From Candidatus Sericytochromatia bacterium (GTDB taxonomy: Bacteria; Cyanobacteriota; Sericytochromatia; S15B-MN24; UBA4093), in NCBI GenBank assembly GCA_036676495.1, contig JAKFCT010000030.1, forward strand, positions 23,804 through 87,803: a DNA stretch of 64,000 nt, written 5' to 3'. Shown piece after piece: positions 9,230 through 18,943 of this stretch (positions are counted from its first letter, which is position 1; each line of letters begins with the position of its first letter). The notes under the pieces are model-generated. The model searched no databases. It saw nothing but the letters and a program-made list of their open reading frames with translations, and was not told the origin of the DNA. The position numbers were made by a program, and so were the translations under genes.

Positions 9230-10870
9230 TTACTCCGTCAATTGCCATTCGTGGGCGTTCCAGAAGTTGCCGTTGGCCGAGCCGCTCGGCTTGAAGTTGA
9301 GCAGCTTGGACGAGGCGACGTCCAGGTTGGTCCACCAGAGGAGGGGGATCATGGGGACGTCCTCGGCGAGGATGGCCTGGGCGCGCTGGTAGATGCGCCG
9401 GCGCTCCTCGCGATCGAGGGTGACGAGGCCCGCTTCGAGCATCGCGTCCATCTCCGGGTTGCGCCAGCGCACCGAGTTCTGCCCGTTCGGCGGAATGGAA
9501 TTGGAATGCCAGAGGTTGAGGTTGTTGGGATCCACGGGGGAGACCCAGGCGTAGAGCGCCATGTCGAACTTGCCGCCGCGAAGGTGGCCGTCCGGATGAG
9601 GCCCGAAGAGGATGGCCCCCGGGTAGTTGTCGATCGTGACCTGGATGCCGACTTGCTTCAGGTAATGCTGAACCAAGAGCTCCGTCAACTCGCGGGGTTT
9701 GCGGCCCGCCGTCGTGGAGATCTTGATGGCGAAGCGCTGGCCGTCCTTGACGCGCGTGCCGTCAGGACCGACCTTCCAGCCTGCTTCATCGAGCAGGCGC
9801 TTGGCGAGCTCGGGATCGTACGGGTAGAGGTTCTCCACGGCGGGGTTGTAGTGGTAGTTGAGCGGGCTCTTGTCCGACCAGGCCTCCTGCCAGAGGCCCT
9901 TGAAGATGTACTTGGAGATCTCGGGCTTGTTGATGGCGTGGGCGATCGCCTTCCGGACCCGCTTGTCCTGGAAGTACGGTTTATCCAGGTTCATGTCGAG
10001 GTGCTCGTAGGTGGCCGCCGGGGTCTCGTAGATCGTCACGCCAGGCAAACGCTTCAGGGCCTTGTACTGCGTGATGGCCGCGTGCTGGTAGACGTGAAGG
10101 CCCCCGCTCTTGAGCTGGACGAAGGCGGAGTTCTCGTCAGGGACGAACTTGTAGATGATCCGGTCGATCTTGGGCTTGCCGCGCCAGTAATCCGGGTTGG
10201 CCACCAGCGTGATCGAGTCCCCCGACTTCCAGCTTTCGAACTTGAACGGCCCGGCCCCGACGGGGGCCCGGTTGAACGGATCCTTGTTGAGGTCGGGCGA
10301 CTTCTCCAGCAGGTGCTTGGGAAGCAGCTTGTCGTACATCTCGACGTACGGCGCGAAACGCTGCTTGAAGTGGATCCGGACGGTATGCGGGTCCACGATC
10401 TCGACGCGCGAGACCTTGTTGTAGCCCTCACGGCTGATGACCTTCACCTTGGAGTTCATGTAGACCGACTGCGTGAAGGCCACGTCCTCGGCCGTCAGCG
10501 GATGGCCGTCATGCCAGCGGACTCCCTTGCGCAGCTTGTAGGTGACGACCATCCGGTCGCCATCCAGCTTCACGCCCCCGTTTGCCAGGGTGGGGACCTC
10601 CTCGGCGAGGTCGGGGAGGTAGTTGAGCTTGTCGTCGTAGGTGACGAGTCCACCCATGAGGGGGGTCAGGACGTTCGTCGACGCCATCATGCTGGAGATG
10701 GCCTTGTTGAGCGCGTCGGGTTCCTGTTGCTCCTGGACGATGACCGTCCCCCCCTGAATGGGCTTACCAGGGGTCGATGCGACGCGGGGCTCTCCTTGCG
10801 GAGAGCACCCGGTCATCAGTATGGCAGCAACAAAAGCGGAGACGAGATGGTGCTTGGTGGAAGGCTGCAT
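9230..10870 (-). CDS. oppA: Peptide ABC transporter substrate-binding lipoprotein (family 5)
   Basis: Lipobox LMTGC after MQPSTK. PDLA, LRKGVRWHDG, PVGAGPF, DKRVRKAI and YDPELAKRLLDEAGW motifs. Confidence 0.92.
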   Translation of the reverse strand: MQPSTKHHLVSAFVAAILMTGCSPQGEPRVASTPGKPIQGGTVIVQEQQEPDALNKAISSMMASTNVLTPLMGGLVTYDDKLNYLPDLAEEVPTLANGGVKLDGDRMVVTYKLRKGVRWHDGHPLTAEDVAFTQSVYMNSKVKVISREGYNKVSRVEIVDPHTVRIHFKQRFAPYVEMYDKLLPKHLLEKSPDLNKDPFNRAPVGAGPFKFESWKSGDSITLVANPDYWRGKPKIDRIIYKFVPDENSAFVQLKSGGLHVYQHAAITQYKALKRLPGVTIYETPAATYEHLDMNLDKPYFQDKRVRKAIAHAINKPEISKYIFKGLWQEAWSDKSPLNYHYNPAVENLYPYDPELAKRLLDEAGWKVGPDGTRVKDGQRFAIKISTTAGRKPRELTELLVQHYLKQVGIQVTIDNYPGAILFGPHPDGHLRGGKFDMALYAWVSPVDPNNLNLWHSNSIPPNGQNSVRWRNPEMDAMLEAGLVTLDREERRRIYQRAQAILAEDVPMIPLLWWTNLDVASSKLLNFKPSGSANGNFWNAHEWQLTE

Positions 10871-10887
10871 CAATACGTCATCCCCCT

Positions 10888-11919
10888 TTAGGCTTTGGGG
10901 ATGGTGGCAGTGACGGTTCCTTGGGTCGACGAGGTCGGAACGAGCTTGTCCACGTGATGGCACGCCACGAAGTGCTCGCCGCCGGTATCGCGCCAGATGG
11001 GCGCTTCGGCCTTGCAGAGGTCGGTGGCGAAGGGGCAGCGCGTGTGGAACGTGCAGCCGGAAGGAGGGTTTACCGGGCTGGGGATGTCTCCCTGCAGGAT
11101 GACCCGCTGCTTCTTCTTGGTGGGATCCGGCTCGGGGACCGCCGACAAGAGCGCCTGGGTGTAAGGGTGCTTGGGGTTGGCGTAGAGCTCGGTGGAGGAG
11201 GCGAGCTCCACCATCCGGCCCAGGTACATGACCGCCACCCGGTCGGAGATGTGCTCGACCGTGGAGAGGTTATGGGCGATGAAGAGATAGGTGAGGCCGA
11301 ACTCCTTCTGGAGGTCCTCCAGGAGGTTCAGGACCTGGGCCTGGACCGAGACGTCGAGGGCCGAGACCGGCTCGTCCGCCACGATGAACTTGGGGTTGAT
11401 CGCGAGCGCGCGGGCGATCCCGATACGCTGGCGCTGGCCGCCGGAGAACTCGTGGGGGTAGCGCTCAGCATACATGGGATTGAGGCCCACCCGGTCGAGC
11501 AGCTCGCGGACGCGCTTCTCGCGCTCGCCGCGGGTCTTGAAGATCTTGTGGACCAGCAGCGGCTCGGCGATCGAGTCCCCGATCGTCATGCGCGGGTCCA
11601 GCGAGGCGTAAGGGTTCTGGAAGACGATCTGCATCTCGCGACGCAGCTCGCGCATCTCGGAGGCGTTGAGCTTGGTGACGTCGCGGCCCTCGAACTTGAC
11701 CTCGCCGGCGGTGGGCTCGATGAGCCGAAGGATCAGGCGTCCGGTGGTGGACTTGCCGCAACCCGACTCACCGACCAGGCCGAGCGTCTCGCCCTTCCGG
11801 ACCGTGAAGTTGAGCCCGTCGACCGCCTTCACCGCCCCGACCTGCTTGTTGAAGAGGATGCCGCGATGAATCGGGAAGTGCTTGACGAGGCCCTTGACCT
11901 CGAGAAGGTTCTGGCTCAT
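10888..11919 (-). CDS. oppF: Peptide ABC ATPase (OppF/DppF)
   Basis: [25 protein letters not shown]-terminal Cys-rich oligo_HPY domain. Confidence 0.94.
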   Translation of the reverse strand: MSQNLLEVKGLVKHFPIHRGILFNKQVGAVKAVDGLNFTVRKGETLGLVGESGCGKSTTGRLILRLIEPTAGEVKFEGRDVTKLNASEMRELRREMQIVFQNPYASLDPRMTIGDSIAEPLLVHKIFKTRGEREKRVRELLDRVGLNPMYAERYPHEFSGGQRQRIGIARALAINPKFIVADEPVSALDVSVQAQVLNLLEDLQKEFGLTYLFIAHNLSTVEHISDRVAVMYLGRMVELASSTELYANPKHPYTQALLSAVPEPDPTKKKQRVILQGDIPSPVNPPSGCTFHTRCPFATDLCKAEAPIWRDTGGEHFVACHHVDKLVPTSSTQGTVTATIPKA

Positions 11920-12894
11920 TTACTTGGACTCCTTCGTCAACCAGCAGCGCACGAGGTGGCCTTGTTCGAACGTGTCGAGTGCGGGGACTTCCCGGCACTT
12001 GGTCATGTAGTGCTTGCAGCGCGGGCCGAACGAGCAGCCCTGGGGCAGCTTGGAGAGGTTCGGGGGCTGTCCTTCGATGGGCTCCAGGCGCGCCTTGCGC
12101 TCGCCGAGTTTGGGAATCGAGTTGAGCAGGCCCTGGGTGTAGGGATGCTTGGGGTTCTTGAAGAGGGTGTGCACGTCGGCGTACTCGACGACCTTGCCGG
12201 CGTACATGACGGCCACGTAGTCGCACATCTCGGCCACCACTCCCATGTCATGGGTGATGAGCACGATGGCGGAGTTGCGCTGGTCGCGAATCTCGCGCAT
12301 GAGATCGAGGATCTGGGCCTGGATCGTGACGTCGAGGGCCGTGGTCGGCTCGTCGGCGATCAGCAGGTCGGGCTCGCAGGAGAGGGCCATCGCGATGATG
12401 GCGCGCTGGCGCATGCCGCCCGAGAACTGGTGGGGATAGTCATCCACCCGCGACTCGGGGCTGGGGATGCCGACGGCCTCGAGCATCTTGATGGCCTTGG
12501 CGCGCGCGGCGGCCTTGTCGAGCTTCTGGTGGAGGATGATGGCCTCCATGATCTGCTCCCCGATGGTCAAAACCGGGTTGAGCGAGGTCATGGGGTCCTG
12601 GGAGATCAAGGCGATGCGGTTGCCGCGAATCTCGCGCATCTCGCTCTCGCTCAGGCCCAGCAGGTTCTTCCCCTGGAAGAGGATCTGGCCTCCGACGATC
12701 TTGCCCTGAGGCTGGGCCACCAAGCGCATGATGGAGAGCGAGGTGATGCTCTTCCCGCAGCCGGATTCCCCGACGATGCCCAGGATCTGTCCCTTTTGGA
12801 CTTCGAAGTCGACCCCATCGACCGCTTTGACGATGCCTTCTTCGGTGGTGAAGTGGGTCTGTAACCCCGAAACCTTGAGCAACGCTTCTGCCAC
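11920..12894 (-). CDS. oppD: Peptide ABC ATPase (OppD/DppD)
   Basis: [34 protein letters not shown]. Confidence 0.94.
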   Translation of the reverse strand: MAEALLKVSGLQTHFTTEEGIVKAVDGVDFEVQKGQILGIVGESGCGKSITSLSIMRLVAQPQGKIVGGQILFQGKNLLGLSESEMREIRGNRIALISQDPMTSLNPVLTIGEQIMEAIILHQKLDKAAARAKAIKMLEAVGIPSPESRVDDYPHQFSGGMRQRAIIAMALSCEPDLLIADEPTTALDVTIQAQILDLMREIRDQRNSAIVLITHDMGVVAEMCDYVAVMYAGKVVEYADVHTLFKNPKHPYTQGLLNSIPKLGERKARLEPIEGQPPNLSKLPQGCSFGPRCKHYMTKCREVPALDTFEQGHLVRCWLTKESK

Positions 12895-13128
12895 GGATCC
12901 TCCTCAGAACACGCTTATCGCGCTGTGATTCGCGTCCTTTTTCTCGCCGTCTCACGACCCCGCCGCAGGCGCCTCGGCGCCTTTGCGATCACGTTGCCGA
13001 CACTTGGCAATTATGTAGCGAAAAAGGGGAAGAATTGCTCTTCCCTCCCGGAAACGTTATCATACTGCCCCCTCCCTGTCCAGTGGAGGCGTGGGTTTGC
13101 GGGCTCCAAGCCCGATAGCGCCGGGACG

Positions 13129-13704
13129 TTATCCTTCCTCCTCGTCATCGTCGAGATCGAAGTATTCGTCCATGGAAAAGGCGGCGGGACGCACGAAGGT
13201 TTCCTCCATGAGCGTCGCTTCCTTGATACGATCGGCGCGGAAGACCCGCATGTCCTCGCGCAGGTGACAGTAGGCCACCATCCAGACCAGATCGCCGTCC
13301 GGCTTGAGCCCGTAGGGGTCGACCCGCCGGGTGGTGAACTCCTCGCGCGTCATCGAGAAGTAGACGATCGTGACCGAACGCTTCTCGGCCACCGCCTGCT
13401 CCAGCACCGGCAGAATCCCCTCGATGGAGTACATCGGCAGCGGATGCGACGAGTCGGCCGTGATCGCCTGGAACGGGTCCACCGTGGCCATCACGATGTC
13501 GTCGACGATTTCGTCGGTCATGGCCACCAGATCCGCGGGGATCGCGCCGCTGAGCTTGTCCATCAAACCTTCCATGAGCTGCTCTTGCGATTTCCCGTTG
13601 AACTCGATGGCCTCGACCATCTCGTCGAGCAACTTCAAGCCCACCAGGAGCAGCACCGCCTCGTCCATGGAAAGGCGAAGCGGAAGTTTGGAAGGTTCGG
13701 GCAT
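13129..13704 (-). CDS. WYL-domain protein lacking an obvious HTH
   Basis: LEQAV..KRSVTIVY...RRVDPYGL......WMVAYCHLREDMRVFRADRI. Acidic tail. Confidence 0.85.
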   Translation of the reverse strand: MPEPSKLPLRLSMDEAVLLLVGLKLLDEMVEAIEFNGKSQEQLMEGLMDKLSGAIPADLVAMTDEIVDDIVMATVDPFQAITADSSHPLPMYSIEGILPVLEQAVAEKRSVTIVYFSMTREEFTTRRVDPYGLKPDGDLVWMVAYCHLREDMRVFRADRIKEATLMEETFVRPAAFSMDEYFDLDDDEEEG

Positions 13705-13913
13705 CTGCTTCTCCTCTCGGACGCAAACCAGCACGGGAACAAGATTACGGCCTGGTCCTCACCGGATAGGCTTGATTACCCGGCCATCTTAAGGGGACGC
13801 TTCCTATCTGTCAAACCGAGCGCCACCCCCGTTCCGCGATAATCGCGAGCGCCCTGCGGGTATGAAGCCCTCGTTCGGAGAAGGTGCATTCCGGCAAGCC
13901 AGAGGACGACACG

Positions 13914-15752
13914 ATGAAGCAACGGAAGGCCTGGGCCGCAATCCTCGGGATCGCCGCGTTCGGATTGACCGGCTGCCCCATGTCGATCTCCAGCCTCGAC
14001 GAGGACTTCTATATGGGGCTGCCGTCCGGACAGCGCTCCGGCGCGGGCGATAAGCCTGCCGGCACCCTCCCTGCGGGCGGCGGGGGAACCGGGGGGGGCG
14101 GCTCGACTGGCGGAGGCTCGGGAGGCACCGTCCTGCCCGGCACCGGAGGCACCTTCGGAGAGATCGGCAGCAACCCATCCGACGTGGTCCTGGCGAGCGG
14201 CACATCGCTTCGCGTGGATGCGCTCTTTCCGAAGAGCACCCTCACCCGCGTCGGCATCTCCAATACGAACCGCGGCATGCTCGCGATTGCCGGCGTCAAG
14301 GACATGGCCGCACCGACCACCCAGCCATCCCTGATCGTCACGTGGCCCAGCGTCGCAGCACTACTCTCCGTGGGGACGCGAGACGTGGCGGCGACCGATC
14401 CGGCTCTCGATGCCGAGGACGCCTTCAAGCAGGAACTGCGCAAGCGCCTCCCGACGAAAACGCCCCTGGCCGTGCGTGGCTCCCTCCAACCCCGTGCGCT
14501 CAGCTCCGACTCCAAGGTCTGGATTCTGACGGGGCAGGGTTCGGTGTACCAGCCCATCTGGGTCTACAACTCACAGTCGGTGACGGTGAACGGACGGACG
14601 GTCCGATTCGCGATCGCCGTCGATACGGACGACCGAGAAACGACTTTTGGCAGCACCACGAACCCCGCGCTCGTGGATCAGCTCAACGCGGCGATCGCCA
14701 AGAACATCCTGCCCCGGCTGCTTTCCTCCTCCATGTACGGCTCCCTTCCGACCCAGGCCGAGGCCGCGCAAAAAGGCATCATCTTCGTCGACGACGTCAT
14801 CTACTTCATCTTCAGCTCGAAGCTTCAAACGGATTTGCTCGGGTACTTCAACCCCGGCGACTTCTTCCCCGGCGGCAGCTCCAACCAGATCAAGGCGCTC
14901 TATCTTTCCGCGGACGCCGCCCGGCTCGCCCGGACCGACGCGGAGCAGCGCAACGACCTCCTCGGGACGATCGCCCACGAGTTCCAGCACCTTTGCTTCG
15001 CCTGGAATCGCGTCAAGGCGGTGGGAAGCGACGGCTACCTCGCTGAAGCCCACGCTGGCGCCGACGTCTGGATCGACGAGGGCCTCGCCATGTATGCCAC
15101 CGCCGCCACGGGCTTCGGCCTCGAAGCCAAGGCCGGGGAGCTATCGACTGCCTACGTGGGCCCCTCCCGGAACGTCGCGGGGCATCTCAAGTGGTTCCTC
15201 AACGAGCCTGAAAAGTACTCGCTGGTCGCTTTCCACAAGAACGCCACGCTCGCCGGGGAAACGGGTCCGGGCAACCCCAGGGCCGCGTACGGCATGGCCT
15301 ATCTCTTCACCCAGTACATGGTGGATCAGGTCGGCGAGGGAATCGTCCCGGAGATCGCGAGCAGCAAGAAGAACGGCTTCACGATCGGCGACCTGGGGCT
15401 TTCCGGCCAACACGATGCGCTCGGCATCGTCAACGACGCCCTGGGGCGCCGTGGGGTGAAGCTCAACACCCTCTTCGCCAACTTCTCGGCGGCGATCGCG
15501 CTCGACGGCAGCGACGCGCTTGCCGGGAGCGAAACGAGCGTGAAGCAGCGCTACGATATCCAGCGGCTAAACCTACGCAAATCGCCGTTCCCGGACATCC
15601 CGTTCGCCGGGCCCGCCATGAGCAACCGGGTCGCCACGCCCATTCGCCCCTTCGGCATCCAGGTCATGAGCCCGGGCCTCATCAACGACCCGACCACGAT
15701 GCAGTTCAGCGGCAACTCCAGCGTGACGACCCGCCTCATCCTTCATCGCTAA
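13914..15752 (+). CDS. Lipoprotein zinc metalloprotease (gluzincin, M30/hyicolysin-like)
   Basis: Lipobox LTGC, Gly-rich linker, LLGYFNPGD, TIAHEFQH, WIDEGLA, YGMAYLFTQY. Confidence 0.72.
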   Translation: MKQRKAWAAILGIAAFGLTGCPMSISSLDEDFYMGLPSGQRSGAGDKPAGTLPAGGGGTGGGGSTGGGSGGTVLPGTGGTFGEIGSNPSDVVLASGTSLRVDALFPKSTLTRVGISNTNRGMLAIAGVKDMAAPTTQPSLIVTWPSVAALLSVGTRDVAATDPALDAEDAFKQELRKRLPTKTPLAVRGSLQPRALSSDSKVWILTGQGSVYQPIWVYNSQSVTVNGRTVRFAIAVDTDDRETTFGSTTNPALVDQLNAAIAKNILPRLLSSSMYGSLPTQAEAAQKGIIFVDDVIYFIFSSKLQTDLLGYFNPGDFFPGGSSNQIKALYLSADAARLARTDAEQRNDLLGTIAHEFQHLCFAWNRVKAVGSDGYLAEAHAGADVWIDEGLAMYATAATGFGLEAKAGELSTAYVGPSRNVAGHLKWFLNEPEKYSLVAFHKNATLAGETGPGNPRAAYGMAYLFTQYMVDQVGEGIVPEIASSKKNGFTIGDLGLSGQHDALGIVNDALGRRGVKLNTLFANFSAAIALDGSDALAGSETSVKQRYDIQRLNLRKSPFPDIPFAGPAMSNRVATPIRPFGIQVMSPGLINDPTTMQFSGNSSVTTRLILHR

Positions 15753-15759
15753 TTCCCGT

Positions 15760-18720
15760 CTAGAACGAGACTCCGTACGTCGTATACACCTGCAATCCCC
15801 CCCCTGGGCTGGTCCCCTGGGCCACGCCCAGCCGGAGCTCCGTGGGGATTTGATTGAGGAAGATCTTGGCACGGCCTTCGAGGCCCAAACCGTGCTTGAT
15901 CCGCGCGAGGCTCAGCTCCTCGCGGCTGCCTGCAAGGCCCAGGTCGTAGAAGGCCGCCGCATGGAGGGTGTCGATGAAGAACGGAAGGGTTCCGAGGCCC
16001 CGATGCAACTCGAGCAGGGGAAAGCGATACTCCAGGCTGCCTGCGAATAGATGGCTGCCTTGCAGGATGCCGTAGCCGTAGCCGCGCAAGGGGACGGCAC
16101 TGACGTCTCCGACGTAGCGCAAGTCCGTATAGATGGAGGGAAGGGTCGAGAACGAGCCTCCGAGGGTGTAATCTCCGCCCGGCCGGCCGAGGTTGAGCCC
16201 TCCTGCGAGCCTCCAGCCCAGGACATGGCGTTTCCAGGGCAGCGCATGATAGGAACGATAATCCCCGCTCAGGCGGTTGAACCCCGCCTGTCCCGCCAAA
16301 CCGGACGGGGCGAGTTCGTAGGTCAGCGAGCCCAGGTTTCCGCGCTCGGGGCTGATGGCGAAGCTGGGGCGGTAATTGTCGGCATGGCGCCACTGGGCGT
16401 AGAGGGCGTGGGTCGCACCTTCCGGAGTCGTGGCGATCGCCCGCTCCAGGCTCGCGCGCTCCCGCGCCTCCAGCCCCGACGGATCTTCCACCGGCTGTCC
16501 GTTCCGCCGATCCAAGAGGCCCAACCCCGAAACCGAACGATAGCGATACCCCAAGGTCAAGCTATCCCCCATCACCGAGAGATGGCCCAACGCTTGGCTG
16601 GGCATCCCCGGAAACGTCACTCCCACGTCCCCTTGCACCATCCGGATCCGGCGCTCGAGCGTCTGACCCACCCCATAGAGGCTGGGGAAGTCGCTCAGGC
16701 TCAAGGTGAGACTGGGGGGCAACTCGTCGTTCTGGTAGAACAGCGAGTAGAACGGGCGCTGGCTTTTGAGCTCGGCTCCTGCCGAGAGGTAGAGGTAGTG
16801 TTTGAGGAGGACGTCCATGCCGTAAGTGGCTCCACCCGCCCAGATGCCGTGGGAGCCGTAATCTCCGATGGGGCTCCAGACCTTGGGTCTCAGGGTCGCC
16901 CAGGGGGAGTAGGGATGGGAGGGAAACGGGGTGGAATCCACGGGCATGGTCTCACCCTGGGGCAAGGGCAAGGCTTCGAGAGAGCCGTCCGAGGCATAGG
17001 CCATGGCGGGGCCCTCGACGGGCCGCCAGGTCTCGGGGGCGAAGGGCATGACGTGGATATCGTAGCCGCGGGTGGTGTAAAGGGAGAAGGCGATTTCCTT
17101 GCCGTCCGGCGAGACCGCGGGCTCCAGGGCGCCCCCGATCACGTTGGTCACCTGGAAGGTCTTGCCGTCCGAGAGCCTCACGGCATGGAGGTTGAAGACT
17201 CCCGAGCGATCCGAGCTGAAGAGCAGCCACTTGCCATCCGGACTCCATGACGGGGCGGTCTCGACCGCCAGATCGCGCCAGAGCGGCCGCATCGCGCCCG
17301 TCGCCGGGTCGATGAGGGTGAGGTCGCGGCTGCCGTCCTTCCAGACCGAAGCCGCAACTTGCGTGCCGTCGGGTGACCATGCAAGGCCCGAGATCTGCAT
17401 CCCGTCCGAGCCCTCGGTCAAACGCGCGAGGAGCTTCCCCGTCGGGTCGAAGCGCGCCAGGTCGTTGCGGCCCTTGCCGTTGACGACCGCCAGGAGGTGT
17501 TTTCCGTCGGGGGCGATCGCCGGGTCCTTGGCGCGCATGCCGTCGGTGAGACGCACGACCTTGCGCGACGCGATCTCCAGCTTGTAGAGGTCGAAGAACG
17601 AGGTGAAGCGATCGGCATCGCGAAAGACCGCGAAATAGAGCTCCTTGCCGTCGCCACTGAGGTGGTAGCTGCCGAAAGGGCTCTTGTAGATCATCCGCTG
17701 GGGCGGCTTGCCGTCGCGCGCATCCAGGAGCAGCACGGAGTACTCCCCGGGGACGTACTCGGGGTAGAGCAATCGGCCGTCCGGGAGCCAGCGCGGATGA
17801 CGGTGGTAGCCTCCCGATTTGGTGACGGGGCGGCTCTCGGTGAGCGGGGTTTGACGGATGCCTTCGAGCTGGCGTGCGGCCCGCCGCTTGAGGTAGGCCT
17901 GTAGCTCATTCCAGAGGATGAAGGCGTTCTTGCCCGGGATCACCTGGTGGATGGCCAGGTTGATGTCGAGAATGGGCAGGGCGGCGTACTGGTGGGCAAT
18001 CCGGGTGGGGACGTCGGCTCCGTAGGTCTCGATCAGGTAGCGATAGAAGTAGGTTCCGTAGAGGTAAGCGCCGTTCGCGCCGGGGCCGCCGCCCAGGTAG
18101 GGCGCTGCCGCTTGATCGATGGCGGCGAGCTGGTCGTCGAGGGCGAGACAGCGAAGGATCATGTCGAAGTCGCCCTCGCGGCCGCGCCCGCCGGTGGTGA
18201 ACTCCGTCTCCATGTGGACGGCGAGGCCTTCGATGAGGAAGTTGGGGACGGTAACGTTGGGGTAGAGGGCGCGTCCCAGGAGGCGGTTCACCCATTCCGA
18301 GATGCCGTCGGTGGTCTCCAGGTGGAGGATATGGGTGTACTCGTGGGTGATCAGGTGCTTGAGCCAGGAATCGTACTTGCCCCAGAGCATGTCCTGATCC
18401 GGAGGGGTGAGGTAGATCTGGATCTGGTTGTTGGGGTAGGGGAAGGCGAACCCGTTGGTGGTATCCTGGCCGTCGAGCAGGACCAGCTCGGTGCGCATGG
18501 TGGGCGTGCGCTGCATGACCGGAACGAGCTTAGCATGCGCTTCTTCCGCGAAGTGGGCGGCCCGCTGCGCAATTTCCTCGTAGCCCTCTGGGTAGTTGAC
18601 CCGGAAGTGCGGCGTCTCAAGCGTATGCCAGCGCTGGGCCGGGTCGAGGGTAGTCGCCGCATGGGCGCTCATGGGGGTCGCCGCCAGCAAGGCCGCGACG
18701 AGCAGCGCACGGATCCGCAA
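15760..18720 (-). CDS. Outer-membrane protein: N-terminal gluzincin domain + PD40/TolB-like propeller + Omp85-type barrel
   Basis: Signal peptide, LITHEYTH...LIEGLA, repeated SPDG/WSPDG PD40 motifs, Omp85 motif PLRGY, EYRFPL, C-terminal YGVSF. Confidence 0.8.
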   Translation of the reverse strand: MRIRALLVAALLAATPMSAHAATTLDPAQRWHTLETPHFRVNYPEGYEEIAQRAAHFAEEAHAKLVPVMQRTPTMRTELVLLDGQDTTNGFAFPYPNNQIQIYLTPPDQDMLWGKYDSWLKHLITHEYTHILHLETTDGISEWVNRLLGRALYPNVTVPNFLIEGLAVHMETEFTTGGRGREGDFDMILRCLALDDQLAAIDQAAAPYLGGGPGANGAYLYGTYFYRYLIETYGADVPTRIAHQYAALPILDINLAIHQVIPGKNAFILWNELQAYLKRRAARQLEGIRQTPLTESRPVTKSGGYHRHPRWLPDGRLLYPEYVPGEYSVLLLDARDGKPPQRMIYKSPFGSYHLSGDGKELYFAVFRDADRFTSFFDLYKLEIASRKVVRLTDGMRAKDPAIAPDGKHLLAVVNGKGRNDLARFDPTGKLLARLTEGSDGMQISGLAWSPDGTQVAASVWKDGSRDLTLIDPATGAMRPLWRDLAVETAPSWSPDGKWLLFSSDRSGVFNLHAVRLSDGKTFQVTNVIGGALEPAVSPDGKEIAFSLYTTRGYDIHVMPFAPETWRPVEGPAMAYASDGSLEALPLPQGETMPVDSTPFPSHPYSPWATLRPKVWSPIGDYGSHGIWAGGATYGMDVLLKHYLYLSAGAELKSQRPFYSLFYQNDELPPSLTLSLSDFPSLYGVGQTLERRIRMVQGDVGVTFPGMPSQALGHLSVMGDSLTLGYRYRSVSGLGLLDRRNGQPVEDPSGLEARERASLERAIATTPEGATHALYAQWRHADNYRPSFAISPERGNLGSLTYELAPSGLAGQAGFNRLSGDYRSYHALPWKRHVLGWRLAGGLNLGRPGGDYTLGGSFSTLPSIYTDLRYVGDVSAVPLRGYGYGILQGSHLFAGSLEYRFPLLELHRGLGTLPFFIDTLHAAAFYDLGLAGSREELSLARIKHGLGLEGRAKIFLNQIPTELRLGVAQGTSPGGGLQVYTTYGVSF

Positions 18721-18910
18721 TCAGGACTCGCTTTCCAAAAGGGGTCGAACCGGATCATTCTACCCCAGAGCGAAAAACGCTGCCTCCGGCGACGGGGGCG
18801 GCGCAGCCGGCCGCTCGGAGAAGAGCCGTTTAACCTGACGTCTGGGGGGAATATTGGGGGGAGCCCCGTTTGAAGCGCAAAAGGCCGGAGCCGACCCGGG
18901 AGGAAAGGGG

Positions 18911-18943
18911 CATGAAGAGGACATGAAGAGGGCATGAAGCAGC
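18911..18943 (+). repeat. 11-bp tandem repeat (CATGAAGAGGR) creating two mini-ORFs coupled to the start codon
   Basis: ATGs at 18912, 18923 and 18934. MKRT* and MKRA* each end in an ATGA overlap. Confidence 0.7.
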
